This document shows, one piece after another, positions 1 to 8,884 of a stretch of 64,000 nt of DNA. A model generated the notes under the pieces. The model was not told where the DNA came from. It saw only the letters and a list, made by a program, of their open reading frames with translations, and did not search any database. The position numbers and the translations under genes were made by a program. Source of the stretch: a virus; the IMG/VR virus record IMGVR_UViG_3300027861_004304, positions 7,938-71,937 of that record; one strand, 5' to 3'. Positions within the stretch are counted from its first letter, which is position 1, and each line of letters begins with the position of its first letter.

Positions 1-57
1 TAGTGTTCTCGTTAGAGATACATCGTTGGTTGAGAGTTGTTTAAATACGGTTGCCAT
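1..57 (-). CDS. 5' part of a probable virion structural protein (runs off the window; MATVFKQLSTNDVSLTRTL...)
   Basis: ATG at 57-55 with AGGA RBS upstream; open to the window edge; continues the structural operon. Confidence 0.6.
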   Translation of the reverse strand, partial: MATVFKQLSTNDVSLTRTL

Positions 58-98
58 TTTTTATCCTTTAAAATTTGTCTTTAATAAGTATATTGAGA

Positions 99-1073
99 CT
101 ATGGGATGCACTGATAAGCATCCTTTGCCCTCACATATCTAACTGGGACGTCAATTGTATATCCCGTTGTCATTCCAGTCACTCGCACTATAGAATCGAT
201 GAAATAACTATCAACCGGCCCGAATGTAGTTTTTGCAGCGTCGAATTCTCCGCCTAATTTTGTAAACAGACTGGTTGTGGTTTGCAGTTGTATGCTGGCT
301 TGGATTTGAAAACCAAATGTTGATCCGCGCCATCCGGCGATTGACTGTGCATTGGTGGTGTTGTTACTAACAACGGAGTTATCCTTAACAAACATGGGAT
401 CTCCTGTAGATGAAAAATAATATACGTCTATTCCGTCATCGTCCGTGAAAGAGGGATTGGCCAAAGTCGCGCCGTCAGCGCTGATAATCTGGCCGAAACG
501 CCCGTCCATTTCAATTCGATATTGATTTTCGTACATTTCAGAACTTACTTGGTTCGAGCCGGGTGGAACAAGAGAGTTGTCTATCCCTTGGTCAAGTCGG
601 CAAGCTGTTTGAATTTGAGATGGATCGTAGCCATACCAGATTCCTTCGTCAAGAGTTGCGTTGGTTCCGGCGGGGGCCCAACCACCGGTCTCGGTGAGGC
701 CACATGTTGTATTAAGATCTACTGCTACCAAAAAAGAATTAAATTGACTATTGATATTCTTTCCAGCTTCCAAGGTATTTAGCTTAATCACCGGCAAATA
801 CATAAGAGTGTGATTGTCTGTGTACGTCTGTAAGAAAGAATGCATCATGGAAGTATTATTTGTAAAAGCCTCCAAAATCGGAGTTTGCATGATTTCCAAA
901 TCTTCTTGGCCTGGATCTGCAAAACCGTCATATGTCCCATAATTAATTTCTTCGTCGCTCAGGGCAAATTTTACAATTCTAAAAGATCCATCGCCGCGAG
1001 CGAGTCTTTTTCTGCCGGTATCCGTCAAAACAGCATCTAAAATGATGTCGCCGCTATTATCTAAAAAAGCCAT
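99..1073 (-). CDS. Virion structural (tail/baseplate region) protein
   Basis: 324 aa; N-terminal F-x5-I-L-D-x2-L-T-x2-G-R-x2-L-x2-G...F...D-x2-I-x-Y motif shared with 7811..8884; GGGAG RBS; candidate late promoter upstream. Confidence 0.6.
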   Translation of the reverse strand: MAFLDNSGDIILDAVLTDTGRKRLARGDGSFRIVKFALSDEEINYGTYDGFADPGQEDLEIMQTPILEAFTNNTSMMHSFLQTYTDNHTLMYLPVIKLNTLEAGKNINSQFNSFLVAVDLNTTCGLTETGGWAPAGTNATLDEGIWYGYDPSQIQTACRLDQGIDNSLVPPGSNQVSSEMYENQYRIEMDGRFGQIISADGATLANPSFTDDDGIDVYYFSSTGDPMFVKDNSVVSNNTTNAQSIAGWRGSTFGFQIQASIQLQTTTSLFTKLGGEFDAAKTTFGPVDSYFIDSIVRVTGMTTGYTIDVPVRYVRAKDAYQCIP

Positions 1074-1094
1074 AAGTATTCTCCCTTCTCTCTA

Positions 1095-1102
1095 TAAATA
1101 GT
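1095..1102 (-). promoter_or_regulatory. Candidate late promoter ACTATTTA
   Basis: Recurrent motif, 21 nt upstream of the 1073 start. Confidence 0.55.
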
Positions 1103-1138
1103 ATTATATAATTTAAAATTACCATTCATTTTTCATTT

Positions 1139-4100
1139 TCATTTTTCATTTTCCACCTTAAAAGCGACATTTAAATCAAGTTTTTTGCCCGAACTCTTGG
1201 AAATCAGGCGAATTTTAATTATTTTTGGACTGTCTTCTTTTCCAAACAATTTTGGAACTGTCACCCCCAATGCGATACCGTCAGTTTTTCCCTTTTGTTT
1301 CGTCGCGCTGTCTACGATCTTTCCGTCTACGGAGAGTTCCGACTCTTCATAATTTATCATTTTTTGTGCGATGGCAGGAACAAGCTGCAAAAATTTCTTA
1401 AAGTTTTTTGTTTTTGTTTGTGGTTTCGGCTTGGGAACCAGGTCAATCACTCTAATAAGTGGGTAAATTGATCCGCCATCGTTAACCATTTGAACTTGGA
1501 AAACCGAAGAGGGGAAAGATCTCGCGCCGTGTACGTCAACTGCTCGCACCATATAATAATAGGTGGTATTTGGAACAATTTTGTCTTTGTACGCTGTATC
1601 CCATGCGTAGATATACTCAAAAGAGCTTCTTTGCAACGTCGATATTGAATCTCTGAATTTGCCGGTGAAATCTTCGTACGATGTCGGCTTCGTCTCGGTT
1701 CTGTAAATTTCAAAACCTGCCACAAGATCATCTGATTTGTAAGTTATTAGATCGTTTGGACCCAAGCCTCGGGCATTTCGAAGAGTATCAATGTAATCAG
1801 CATCGGTTGAGTCAAGTATAACCGCTCTGTTTTTGTATTCTCCAATTAGCGCCTGCATGCTCAAAGTTATTCTATTATCAATCCCGATGTATGGTATAAA
1901 GAAAACATCAGGTGCGATGGTCGGATCAGACACGATGGCGCCATCAAAATCAAAAAGGTGTGTTTCAATAAGATCAACAACTGGAGTCGTTATAACTTCT
2001 AAGATTATGGCTTCTATTGCTTCAATCTCCGGGTCTTCAAGCTCGGTGCCACCGCTCGGTGCGTCGGGTGTGTCATCGCCGCTGGCAGGGATTTTAGGGA
2101 GGTTAGGGAGGTACTCACCCTTGCCTGGAGTGGCGCCGTCGCCTCCCGGAGTGAGGCCGCCGGCAGTTTCACCAGTTTCTGTCTCGCCCGCTGTATCGAA
2201 GGTGGGCTTTCCGATTTTCCCCGTGGAGCCGGGGTTTGCGCCGCCGACGCCGCCGATACTGTTTGCCTGGTACCCCCCAAGATAATAACCTGCTCCAATA
2301 TTCCCACCGAAGGCCTGGCCTGCTGCGCCTGCTTCTTGGCCGTCATCGAAGGCGGGACCTTTTCCGCCTCCTCCGTTCCAATATTTTGCCGCCCCTTCGT
2401 AGCTGTCGCCGCCGTCTGGTGGGCCAGCAGTACCTCCGCCGTCGTCTTGGTTGACGTCGGGGTAAATCGTAGTGTCAAGCCTCACTCTATTGTCGACGTC
2501 GAAGTCCGGGTCGTTTGCGCAAATAGTAGTACCATTGCCGTCAGAATTAACCCTATATAGATGAGAGTGGGGATTCCCAGGGTCTGACTGGTGAGCACCG
2601 GCGCCGATGGAGGTTCCCGTCTGTCCATCAAGGGTGTAACCGGCTGGCGGTGGCGAGACAGAATCGGCGATGTATTCGTGCCGATGGATGTCGTCGTGGT
2701 TGATGGCGTTGCCGACGCTCCAATTTGTTATAGTGTGCTGATGATCATCAACAGGGAGCCCTTCTTCTCCTGCTGGAACAATTACTGGGCACCCTTTTTG
2801 AAGGCCCGCGACATCATAATAATAATCAGTGCTAACAACCATATTGTACGCAAACACGCTGTAAAAATAGTTTTTATTAAATTTTATTTGAGTGTCGATG
2901 TATTCGATCGGCAATTTGTCACTGTCTGGCTTGTTCGGGATCCAGAATGTTTGAATCGGTCTAAGCGAGTTCGGATCGGACCTTTTCTCAATTTTATAGA
3001 ACACTATTTTTGAGAAGCTCTTGGCGCCACTGTTAATCTCTTCAAAAGATCTCAAACCATTGTCTTCTGCTATTCGAGTTAAACCTTCTAATAGAGTCAG
3101 TGCTGAATCAATTCGCGGATCGGGGGTACCTATATTGTTGTCGGCAAACCCTATAGATACAAGTGAATTATTAGTTTTTGCTAAATATATTTTATTATTT
3201 GATGCCTTGCCAACTTGCCAGTCAATGATATTGACTACATCGTCTGCCCAAAGTCCAACATTAAGAAGAAATTTATTTTCTGTTGAATTAATTTTTTCTC
3301 CACCAATAGTTCTTTCTGTAATCTGAAAAGTCCTTTCCAGTGTGGGTAAATTTGATGTAACCCCCCTCGTTCCATATAACATCGTCGAGTTTATTAAAGC
3401 CAAATCTAAATTAGAATCATTTAAGACATTATAAAATCTATTGCTTCCCGGAGCGTTGTAGGGACTCACTATATTTTCGAGGGGATATAAATTCGCATAA
3501 ACATTGAGCGCCATGAGTTCATCGAGACTATCCATCGGAAAAATAACATTTTCGTATTGTGGGCGATCGGTGGGGAGCACTTTATTTATGTGATCCTCCA
3601 AAAATGAGCCGGCTTGTATAAGCTGCAAGTCATCATCGAGTAGGTCTCCATCGGCGTCGACGCCTTGAACTGTAGCAGAGTAGAAGTTAATGAGCGACAA
3701 CTCAGAAACCGAAGGATCGGAAGCGGCATCTTCGTATTTTTTCTCGGCGGCTGTTCCAAGAAAATTTATAAGAAATTCTTCATTAACAGAAAAATCATGC
3801 GCTGCTACGGGGTCAGTTGACGTTGAAAAATCTATTGTCACCTCTGGTATTTTATTTATGAATACAGTGTCTCTAAACCCGTTTGTCGTAGCAAGTGACG
3901 CAAGAAGATTTAGAGCATATTCCTCAAAGGTTTCTGAGACGACTGATGGGCCTCCGGAGTTGAGTGGATTTTTAAAGGTGTGTACCTTCGGAGTCAGCGT
4001 AATCCCCTGCTTTGTTTGGAGAGTGGCATGATCATAAACTTTCGGAGTATAAGAAATGTTAAGCAAGCTCGTATCGTTGGGAATACCGAGAAAATTATCG

Positions 4101-4171
4101 TCGACCCAGTAGGATCCGATATCTAGCCTAATTTGATCCGTGATATTTAAGACGTATGTTTTTTTAGCCAT
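1139..4171 (-). CDS. Large virion structural protein with an HxH/Gly-rich insert and FN3-like segments
   Basis: 1010 aa; YIDTQIKFNKNYFYSV and YKDKIVPNTTYYYMVRAVD resemble FN3-type strands; central His/Gly-rich insert; structural operon context. Confidence 0.55.
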   Translation of the reverse strand: MAKKTYVLNITDQIRLDIGSYWVDDNFLGIPNDTSLLNISYTPKVYDHATLQTKQGITLTPKVHTFKNPLNSGGPSVVSETFEEYALNLLASLATTNGFRDTVFINKIPEVTIDFSTSTDPVAAHDFSVNEEFLINFLGTAAEKKYEDAASDPSVSELSLINFYSATVQGVDADGDLLDDDLQLIQAGSFLEDHINKVLPTDRPQYENVIFPMDSLDELMALNVYANLYPLENIVSPYNAPGSNRFYNVLNDSNLDLALINSTMLYGTRGVTSNLPTLERTFQITERTIGGEKINSTENKFLLNVGLWADDVVNIIDWQVGKASNNKIYLAKTNNSLVSIGFADNNIGTPDPRIDSALTLLEGLTRIAEDNGLRSFEEINSGAKSFSKIVFYKIEKRSDPNSLRPIQTFWIPNKPDSDKLPIEYIDTQIKFNKNYFYSVFAYNMVVSTDYYYDVAGLQKGCPVIVPAGEEGLPVDDHQHTITNWSVGNAINHDDIHRHEYIADSVSPPPAGYTLDGQTGTSIGAGAHQSDPGNPHSHLYRVNSDGNGTTICANDPDFDVDNRVRLDTTIYPDVNQDDGGGTAGPPDGGDSYEGAAKYWNGGGGKGPAFDDGQEAGAAGQAFGGNIGAGYYLGGYQANSIGGVGGANPGSTGKIGKPTFDTAGETETGETAGGLTPGGDGATPGKGEYLPNLPKIPASGDDTPDAPSGGTELEDPEIEAIEAIILEVITTPVVDLIETHLFDFDGAIVSDPTIAPDVFFIPYIGIDNRITLSMQALIGEYKNRAVILDSTDADYIDTLRNARGLGPNDLITYKSDDLVAGFEIYRTETKPTSYEDFTGKFRDSISTLQRSSFEYIYAWDTAYKDKIVPNTTYYYMVRAVDVHGARSFPSSVFQVQMVNDGGSIYPLIRVIDLVPKPKPQTKTKNFKKFLQLVPAIAQKMINYEESELSVDGKIVDSATKQKGKTDGIALGVTVPKLFGKEDSPKIIKIRLISKSSGKKLDLNVAFKVENEK

Positions 4172-4185
4172 AAATTAATTCCTGT

Positions 4186-7100
4186 TTATCTTCTTCTCTG
4201 GACTGGGGCGATTGCCACGCCGACTGAACGTTGGACTCCTGGATCCTCATCTGTACGGCGATTTTGTTGGCGTCGTCGTGCTGGCGGCGCTTCCGTTGGC
4301 GGTCTCATAATTTCAAGGGAAGATTTGTTTTTTGTAATTAAAAAGTACATGTTTGTTTGAGTCATCTCCAAGCCTCGGGCTGAAATTAGTTCTTCGTCGG
4401 CCTGCCTTTCAACTCTACACAGAATAAACTCATGTGGAGTTCTATCATTTCTCAGATCTGTAAGCGCGCTTGACCAGTTTTTGGGAGATTTCCAAATTGG
4501 CTTCTTTACGTCGGCGCCTTCATAACCCATGAAAATCGTTACTTTTGCTAGCATGCCAACTCTGAATCTATCCTTTGGGGTTGCCGAATAAGTTTCCCTC
4601 TCTGATAAAGAGCCTATGTGTTTTCTAATCTGTGGCGGGACAGAGAGTGGCTCTTTTTCTATTCTTTTCATCATAGTCTCAACTCTCTCGTGGCTTGAGA
4701 TATCAGTTCTACGCGGGAACGTTTTGTTTATTAACCTCGGATTCCCATCTACCTGTTCAGTGACCCTATCCAAAGTAGCATTGGATGCCAGGATATTTAC
4801 AAACTCTTGAGTCACCGGGAGAGCCCAGTTTTGGTTTTTGTGCATTTCCAGCAGTAAAGAACTGTTGTCTGAGCATTCAGAATTGGTTAAAGCATTGGTC
4901 GTAAACTTTACTGTATCTATTGGCCCTAGAATCGTAGCCTCCGACACCAAATTTGTGTCCTTTCCTTGATTTAAGTTCAAATCAATCGCTACGTTTATCG
5001 GAGTCTTTGTCGCGATGACGGCAATACCCAGCGAGCCAAGTATTCTGTCTTGCATTGTCGAATCTCGTAACTGGGGGGGCTTCGCGGATATTTCTGCCGA
5101 GGTTGCGATTACTATATTTTGCATATCAATATATTGCTGCATTTCCTCAGCATTCTCATTTATGCTGGTTATTTTAATAGTTTTGGTCTCGGCGCCTTGT
5201 CTGGAATCAATAAGCCTTGGAGACAAATATAATGCCACTTCTTCTTCGGCTGGATTGTTGACGGTTGCTGCGCCATCTCTTTGCGATTCTTTTCTTTTCT
5301 CTTTTAATCTATCTATTAGCTTTTTGCGACGTTGTTTCTGTCGGTCAGAAAGATCACCAGAGATCTCCTCCACTGGCCCATCCGTCTGGCTTTCTGGAAC
5401 TTCTGCCATCATCTCCTCATCCATTATGACAAGTTCAAAATCTGATGCGGTTACAGCAAGAAGGCCTGCATTTACGTGGGCACTCAACTCTGTAAATTCT
5501 GTACCCCTCACGTTGGCGCCCGGATGTATAACTGTCTTAAAATTTCCTGACGTCTTCACATCAGTAACCAAGTCCGTTGAGAAGCCAATATAATCTGTGG
5601 CTGGTCGGTGCGAGTTCCGTGTATCAAATGGCTGATCGAAGGTTTCCTTTAAATTTAAAATAGACATCGCCGGGTTTTTGGATATGGCGTTCCCCTTGCC
5701 AGAGTTGGGCTGACTTTGTTGCTTGGACGAACCCATAGAGGAGCTTATTTTCTGATAAATGATTTCGAAGAGTGAAATAGCCTTGCTGACTGATCCCTGT
5801 GTGGCAGTATATGGATCTAAAAGACTTCGCATTCCGAAAAGAGAGTTATTTAAATCAAATCTTGGTATAGATTCTATATTTATTTTCTCTTTGGCGGCAG
5901 CATCATTCGTACCAGATTGTGAAGAATTTAAATATTTGAGCTTTTGTTGCGCGGTCGGACGCAGCATGGCGGGGCGGGAGGAGCCGTTGGTTGGATGGTC
6001 GGCGAAAAGTCCGCTTGAAACGGATTTAATGGTATCTCTGAAATACGCCGGCGCCAATATCCACGGATAGGGCATGTCATCAGCAGTCAGGTCGTCCACG
6101 GGAATTCCAAATTCCGTCAGCATGCGCGTCAAATTATTGAGGACGTTGGCGGTGTTGTTAGACGCGGTCGTTTGGGCGGATTGAAAGTTTTTAGTTATTA
6201 CCTGAACATTGCTGGTAGTTTGCAGGAAAGCACGATATTGAATTAAATATTCTATGATCACTTTCAGTCTTTTCAGCCTCTCGTTTAAGAAGGCTAGAGT
6301 TCCGTCCTCGATGCTAGCGGCAATGCCGTACTGATAAGACCCGTTGCTCAAGGCGCCACATGACATATCGGTAAACATAAGAACTCGATTTCCTTTTTGC
6401 AGATTCTTTAATTTAGTCATTTCCTGAATACTGCCGATTACATCGCCTGGTGTTCCCACCGCCATTCCCGGACCAATTGATTTAGCGGCTTCCAAAAATG
6501 CAAGGCCTGCTTTTGATGTTGTTTCGACGATAGTGACCACGTTTGGCTCTGATTGAATGACGCTCTCGTCTACTTGGATCTCGGTTCCAAGACGGTTATG
6601 GCCTCTTGCTCTTGTGATGAGTTTCTTTCTGATTATCTTTAAGTTTGTTATCATTGAATTTTTAAAAATTTTCTGTCTTGTTGTGCTCGGCAGTGAACTG
6701 TTTGTCAAGATTTTACCGAATTCGCTTTCTTGTGCTACAAAGCCGTAGTAATCAAAAAATATCAGCCCTCTACAATTGTTTTCCATATCTCTCGATAGAA
6801 AGGAGCGAGTATAAGAATTGGGAGATTTTATAGAGTTATTGAAGGTGTCTCTGCCTTCTATGGCCATGGCCCTGGTTGGCTCTAAATCATATTTTAAGTC
6901 AGGAACCTGTTTTGTAATCCTTAGATCTTGTATGACTGAATTTCTAACGGTGGCTTTTTCTAACTCCATGGGTGGGCTAGTTTCTTTCAAGCGCTGGACC
7001 CTGCGACTGGTGGTCCACCTGGCAGTCATCAGTTTTCCATCTTGGGTTTGTTTAACAGGACCTGTCCAATAAGAACCCTGCATCTTTCCCTGAGAAGAAA

Positions 7101-7758
7101 TGCGATAAACGGATGATTTGGTGTTAAGTTTCCCAGATTCTATGATTCTCTCGCCCGAGATTGGCCCGCCAAGGGCTTGCCTGGGTGGCATTTTTAAATT
7201 ATTTTTCTGTAACTTGTAGGGCGGCGAATCTGATTTTTTATGCACGTCATTGTCACCAATAGCTAAATAACAAGCCGAATAATAAGAAAGATGATCTTTT
7301 ACGTTTTCTGGACAGTCTTTTAGTTCAAATTGTATTTCCAAGCTCTTGCCATTTTTCAATCTCTTTGAGGCCATGGCTATTTTTCGAGGATCTACAAGAT
7401 TTGATAATAATCCCTGATAAATTATATCGTAATCGTCTTGATTATATAATTTTTGAAGATTTAAGCTATTGGATTTTTCCATGGTAGAAGAGAAATTCTT
7501 TTGTTTTGTTCTCACCACGACAACACCCAAGGATTTAAAAATTTTACTATCCATCGCAGAAAGACTTGGCTGTACTGTGAGGTTTATATGCATTTTTAGC
7601 ATTACTTCGATGCTTCTTTCCGAAAAATCCCTGAAATTTGACGTCCTATCTGGAATATCTAGCTCTATTTTATCAAAATGAGGAATTGGAACTGGAGATT
7701 CCCTATCGTCTTGGGATAATATTGTACCGTTATTCGTTCTGGTTAATTTTACAGCCAT
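4186..7758 (-). CDS. Large hypothetical (probably structural) protein
   Basis: 1190 aa ORF in the structural operon; no recognised domain. Confidence 0.5.
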   Translation of the reverse strand: MAVKLTRTNNGTILSQDDRESPVPIPHFDKIELDIPDRTSNFRDFSERSIEVMLKMHINLTVQPSLSAMDSKIFKSLGVVVVRTKQKNFSSTMEKSNSLNLQKLYNQDDYDIIYQGLLSNLVDPRKIAMASKRLKNGKSLEIQFELKDCPENVKDHLSYYSACYLAIGDNDVHKKSDSPPYKLQKNNLKMPPRQALGGPISGERIIESGKLNTKSSVYRISSQGKMQGSYWTGPVKQTQDGKLMTARWTTSRRVQRLKETSPPMELEKATVRNSVIQDLRITKQVPDLKYDLEPTRAMAIEGRDTFNNSIKSPNSYTRSFLSRDMENNCRGLIFFDYYGFVAQESEFGKILTNSSLPSTTRQKIFKNSMITNLKIIRKKLITRARGHNRLGTEIQVDESVIQSEPNVVTIVETTSKAGLAFLEAAKSIGPGMAVGTPGDVIGSIQEMTKLKNLQKGNRVLMFTDMSCGALSNGSYQYGIAASIEDGTLAFLNERLKRLKVIIEYLIQYRAFLQTTSNVQVITKNFQSAQTTASNNTANVLNNLTRMLTEFGIPVDDLTADDMPYPWILAPAYFRDTIKSVSSGLFADHPTNGSSRPAMLRPTAQQKLKYLNSSQSGTNDAAAKEKINIESIPRFDLNNSLFGMRSLLDPYTATQGSVSKAISLFEIIYQKISSSMGSSKQQSQPNSGKGNAISKNPAMSILNLKETFDQPFDTRNSHRPATDYIGFSTDLVTDVKTSGNFKTVIHPGANVRGTEFTELSAHVNAGLLAVTASDFELVIMDEEMMAEVPESQTDGPVEEISGDLSDRQKQRRKKLIDRLKEKRKESQRDGAATVNNPAEEEVALYLSPRLIDSRQGAETKTIKITSINENAEEMQQYIDMQNIVIATSAEISAKPPQLRDSTMQDRILGSLGIAVIATKTPINVAIDLNLNQGKDTNLVSEATILGPIDTVKFTTNALTNSECSDNSSLLLEMHKNQNWALPVTQEFVNILASNATLDRVTEQVDGNPRLINKTFPRRTDISSHERVETMMKRIEKEPLSVPPQIRKHIGSLSERETYSATPKDRFRVGMLAKVTIFMGYEGADVKKPIWKSPKNWSSALTDLRNDRTPHEFILCRVERQADEELISARGLEMTQTNMYFLITKNKSSLEIMRPPTEAPPARRRQQNRRTDEDPGVQRSVGVAIAPVQRRR

Positions 7759-7777
7759 ATTAAGTTTTCCACACCAT

Positions 7778-7785
7778 TAAATAGT
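7778..7785 (-). promoter_or_regulatory. Candidate late promoter ACTATTTA
   Basis: Recurrent motif, 19 nt upstream of the 7758 start. Confidence 0.55.
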
Positions 7786-7810
7786 TTATCATTAAAAGTA
7801 TTCATCTCTT

Positions 7811-8884
7811 TTATTCATCCTGGCATGCTGGATCTTTGGCGCCTTCCGCATATGGACTGATTGTTGTCGGAGAAGAAATAATATCTTCGCACTCAATTGG
7901 ATTATCAACATATATGCCTTTTGATTTAACTTCGCTAATGGATTCACAAATTGTTTTCTTATTTATTCTTGAGTCGACATTGATGTCAAAATAATATTCA
8001 ACGTAAGTATCATCAATATCTGGGTTAATTTCGGGGATTGTCTCGCTTATTAAGAGTCCATCGACGATATTGGTCGGCTCCTCTTTGAAAAATAGCGGAG
8101 TGTAAGACGCGTCGGGTTCAATTATGTAAACTTCAATTTCAAAATTTTCTTTTTCAAAAGTAACGCCGTTTTCCTCGACCATCAATAAGAGGTCTCTGTT
8201 GCCATCTTTAAAATTAACGTCAACTCTGGATCCATCCTGAAAAGTGATTGAACTCTCAATTGGATCTGGCTCATTGTTGTTTTTTACATTAAATTGATTG
8301 AGGATTGCTATGTTGGCTTCTTCTTCTATCATTTCGGCTGCTGTCAGAACTTTTGTGACGTATGTAACGTTCAGTGATATCTGTGGAATTTGAAGATCGG
8401 GATAAGATCCCACTATCGAAGGGAGCAAAGGATTGGAGCCGGTTAAAAAGAAAGAAGCTGTGTTCGCATATTCACCATCGAGGAAAACTATTTTCCAATT
8501 TGGGGCCATTCGTGATTGAAAGTCTGAATCGCCCATTGGATCAACCAAAGAAAAATGCTTTTCCGGAGTTGATTGAATACGAACCCTGTCCTCCTCTGGC
8601 AACTCAAGCCTCTCGTCATCTGTCATACTGTCAACAATAAGCGTATAATCTGTTGCTCTTCCAGAAAAAGCATGCTGCGTCTTTAATTGCGCCGTGTTTT
8701 CCTGAATTCTCCCTTCAATGTCGTTTTGTACCTCCGTAATCTCTCCGTGATCACCGTCATAAAGGATGTTGCTATCAAAAAAGGTGTAGTAAACTGGCTT
8801 AAATTTTCCAATTGACAGGAGTTGTTTTCCGAATTGCGTAAGTTGGATGTCTAAAACTTCTTCTTTTTTGTTAAAAAACGTCAT
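7811..8884 (-). CDS. Virion structural protein, paralog-like to 99..1073
   Basis: 357 aa; MTFFNKKEEVLDIQLTQFGKQLLSIGKFKPVYYTFFDSNILYD matches the N-terminal motif of 99..1073; ATGA overlap with the upstream gene. Confidence 0.6.
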   Translation of the reverse strand: MTFFNKKEEVLDIQLTQFGKQLLSIGKFKPVYYTFFDSNILYDGDHGEITEVQNDIEGRIQENTAQLKTQHAFSGRATDYTLIVDSMTDDERLELPEEDRVRIQSTPEKHFSLVDPMGDSDFQSRMAPNWKIVFLDGEYANTASFFLTGSNPLLPSIVGSYPDLQIPQISLNVTYVTKVLTAAEMIEEEANIAILNQFNVKNNNEPDPIESSITFQDGSRVDVNFKDGNRDLLLMVEENGVTFEKENFEIEVYIIEPDASYTPLFFKEEPTNIVDGLLISETIPEINPDIDDTYVEYYFDINVDSRINKKTICESISEVKSKGIYVDNPIECEDIISSPTTISPYAEGAKDPACQDE

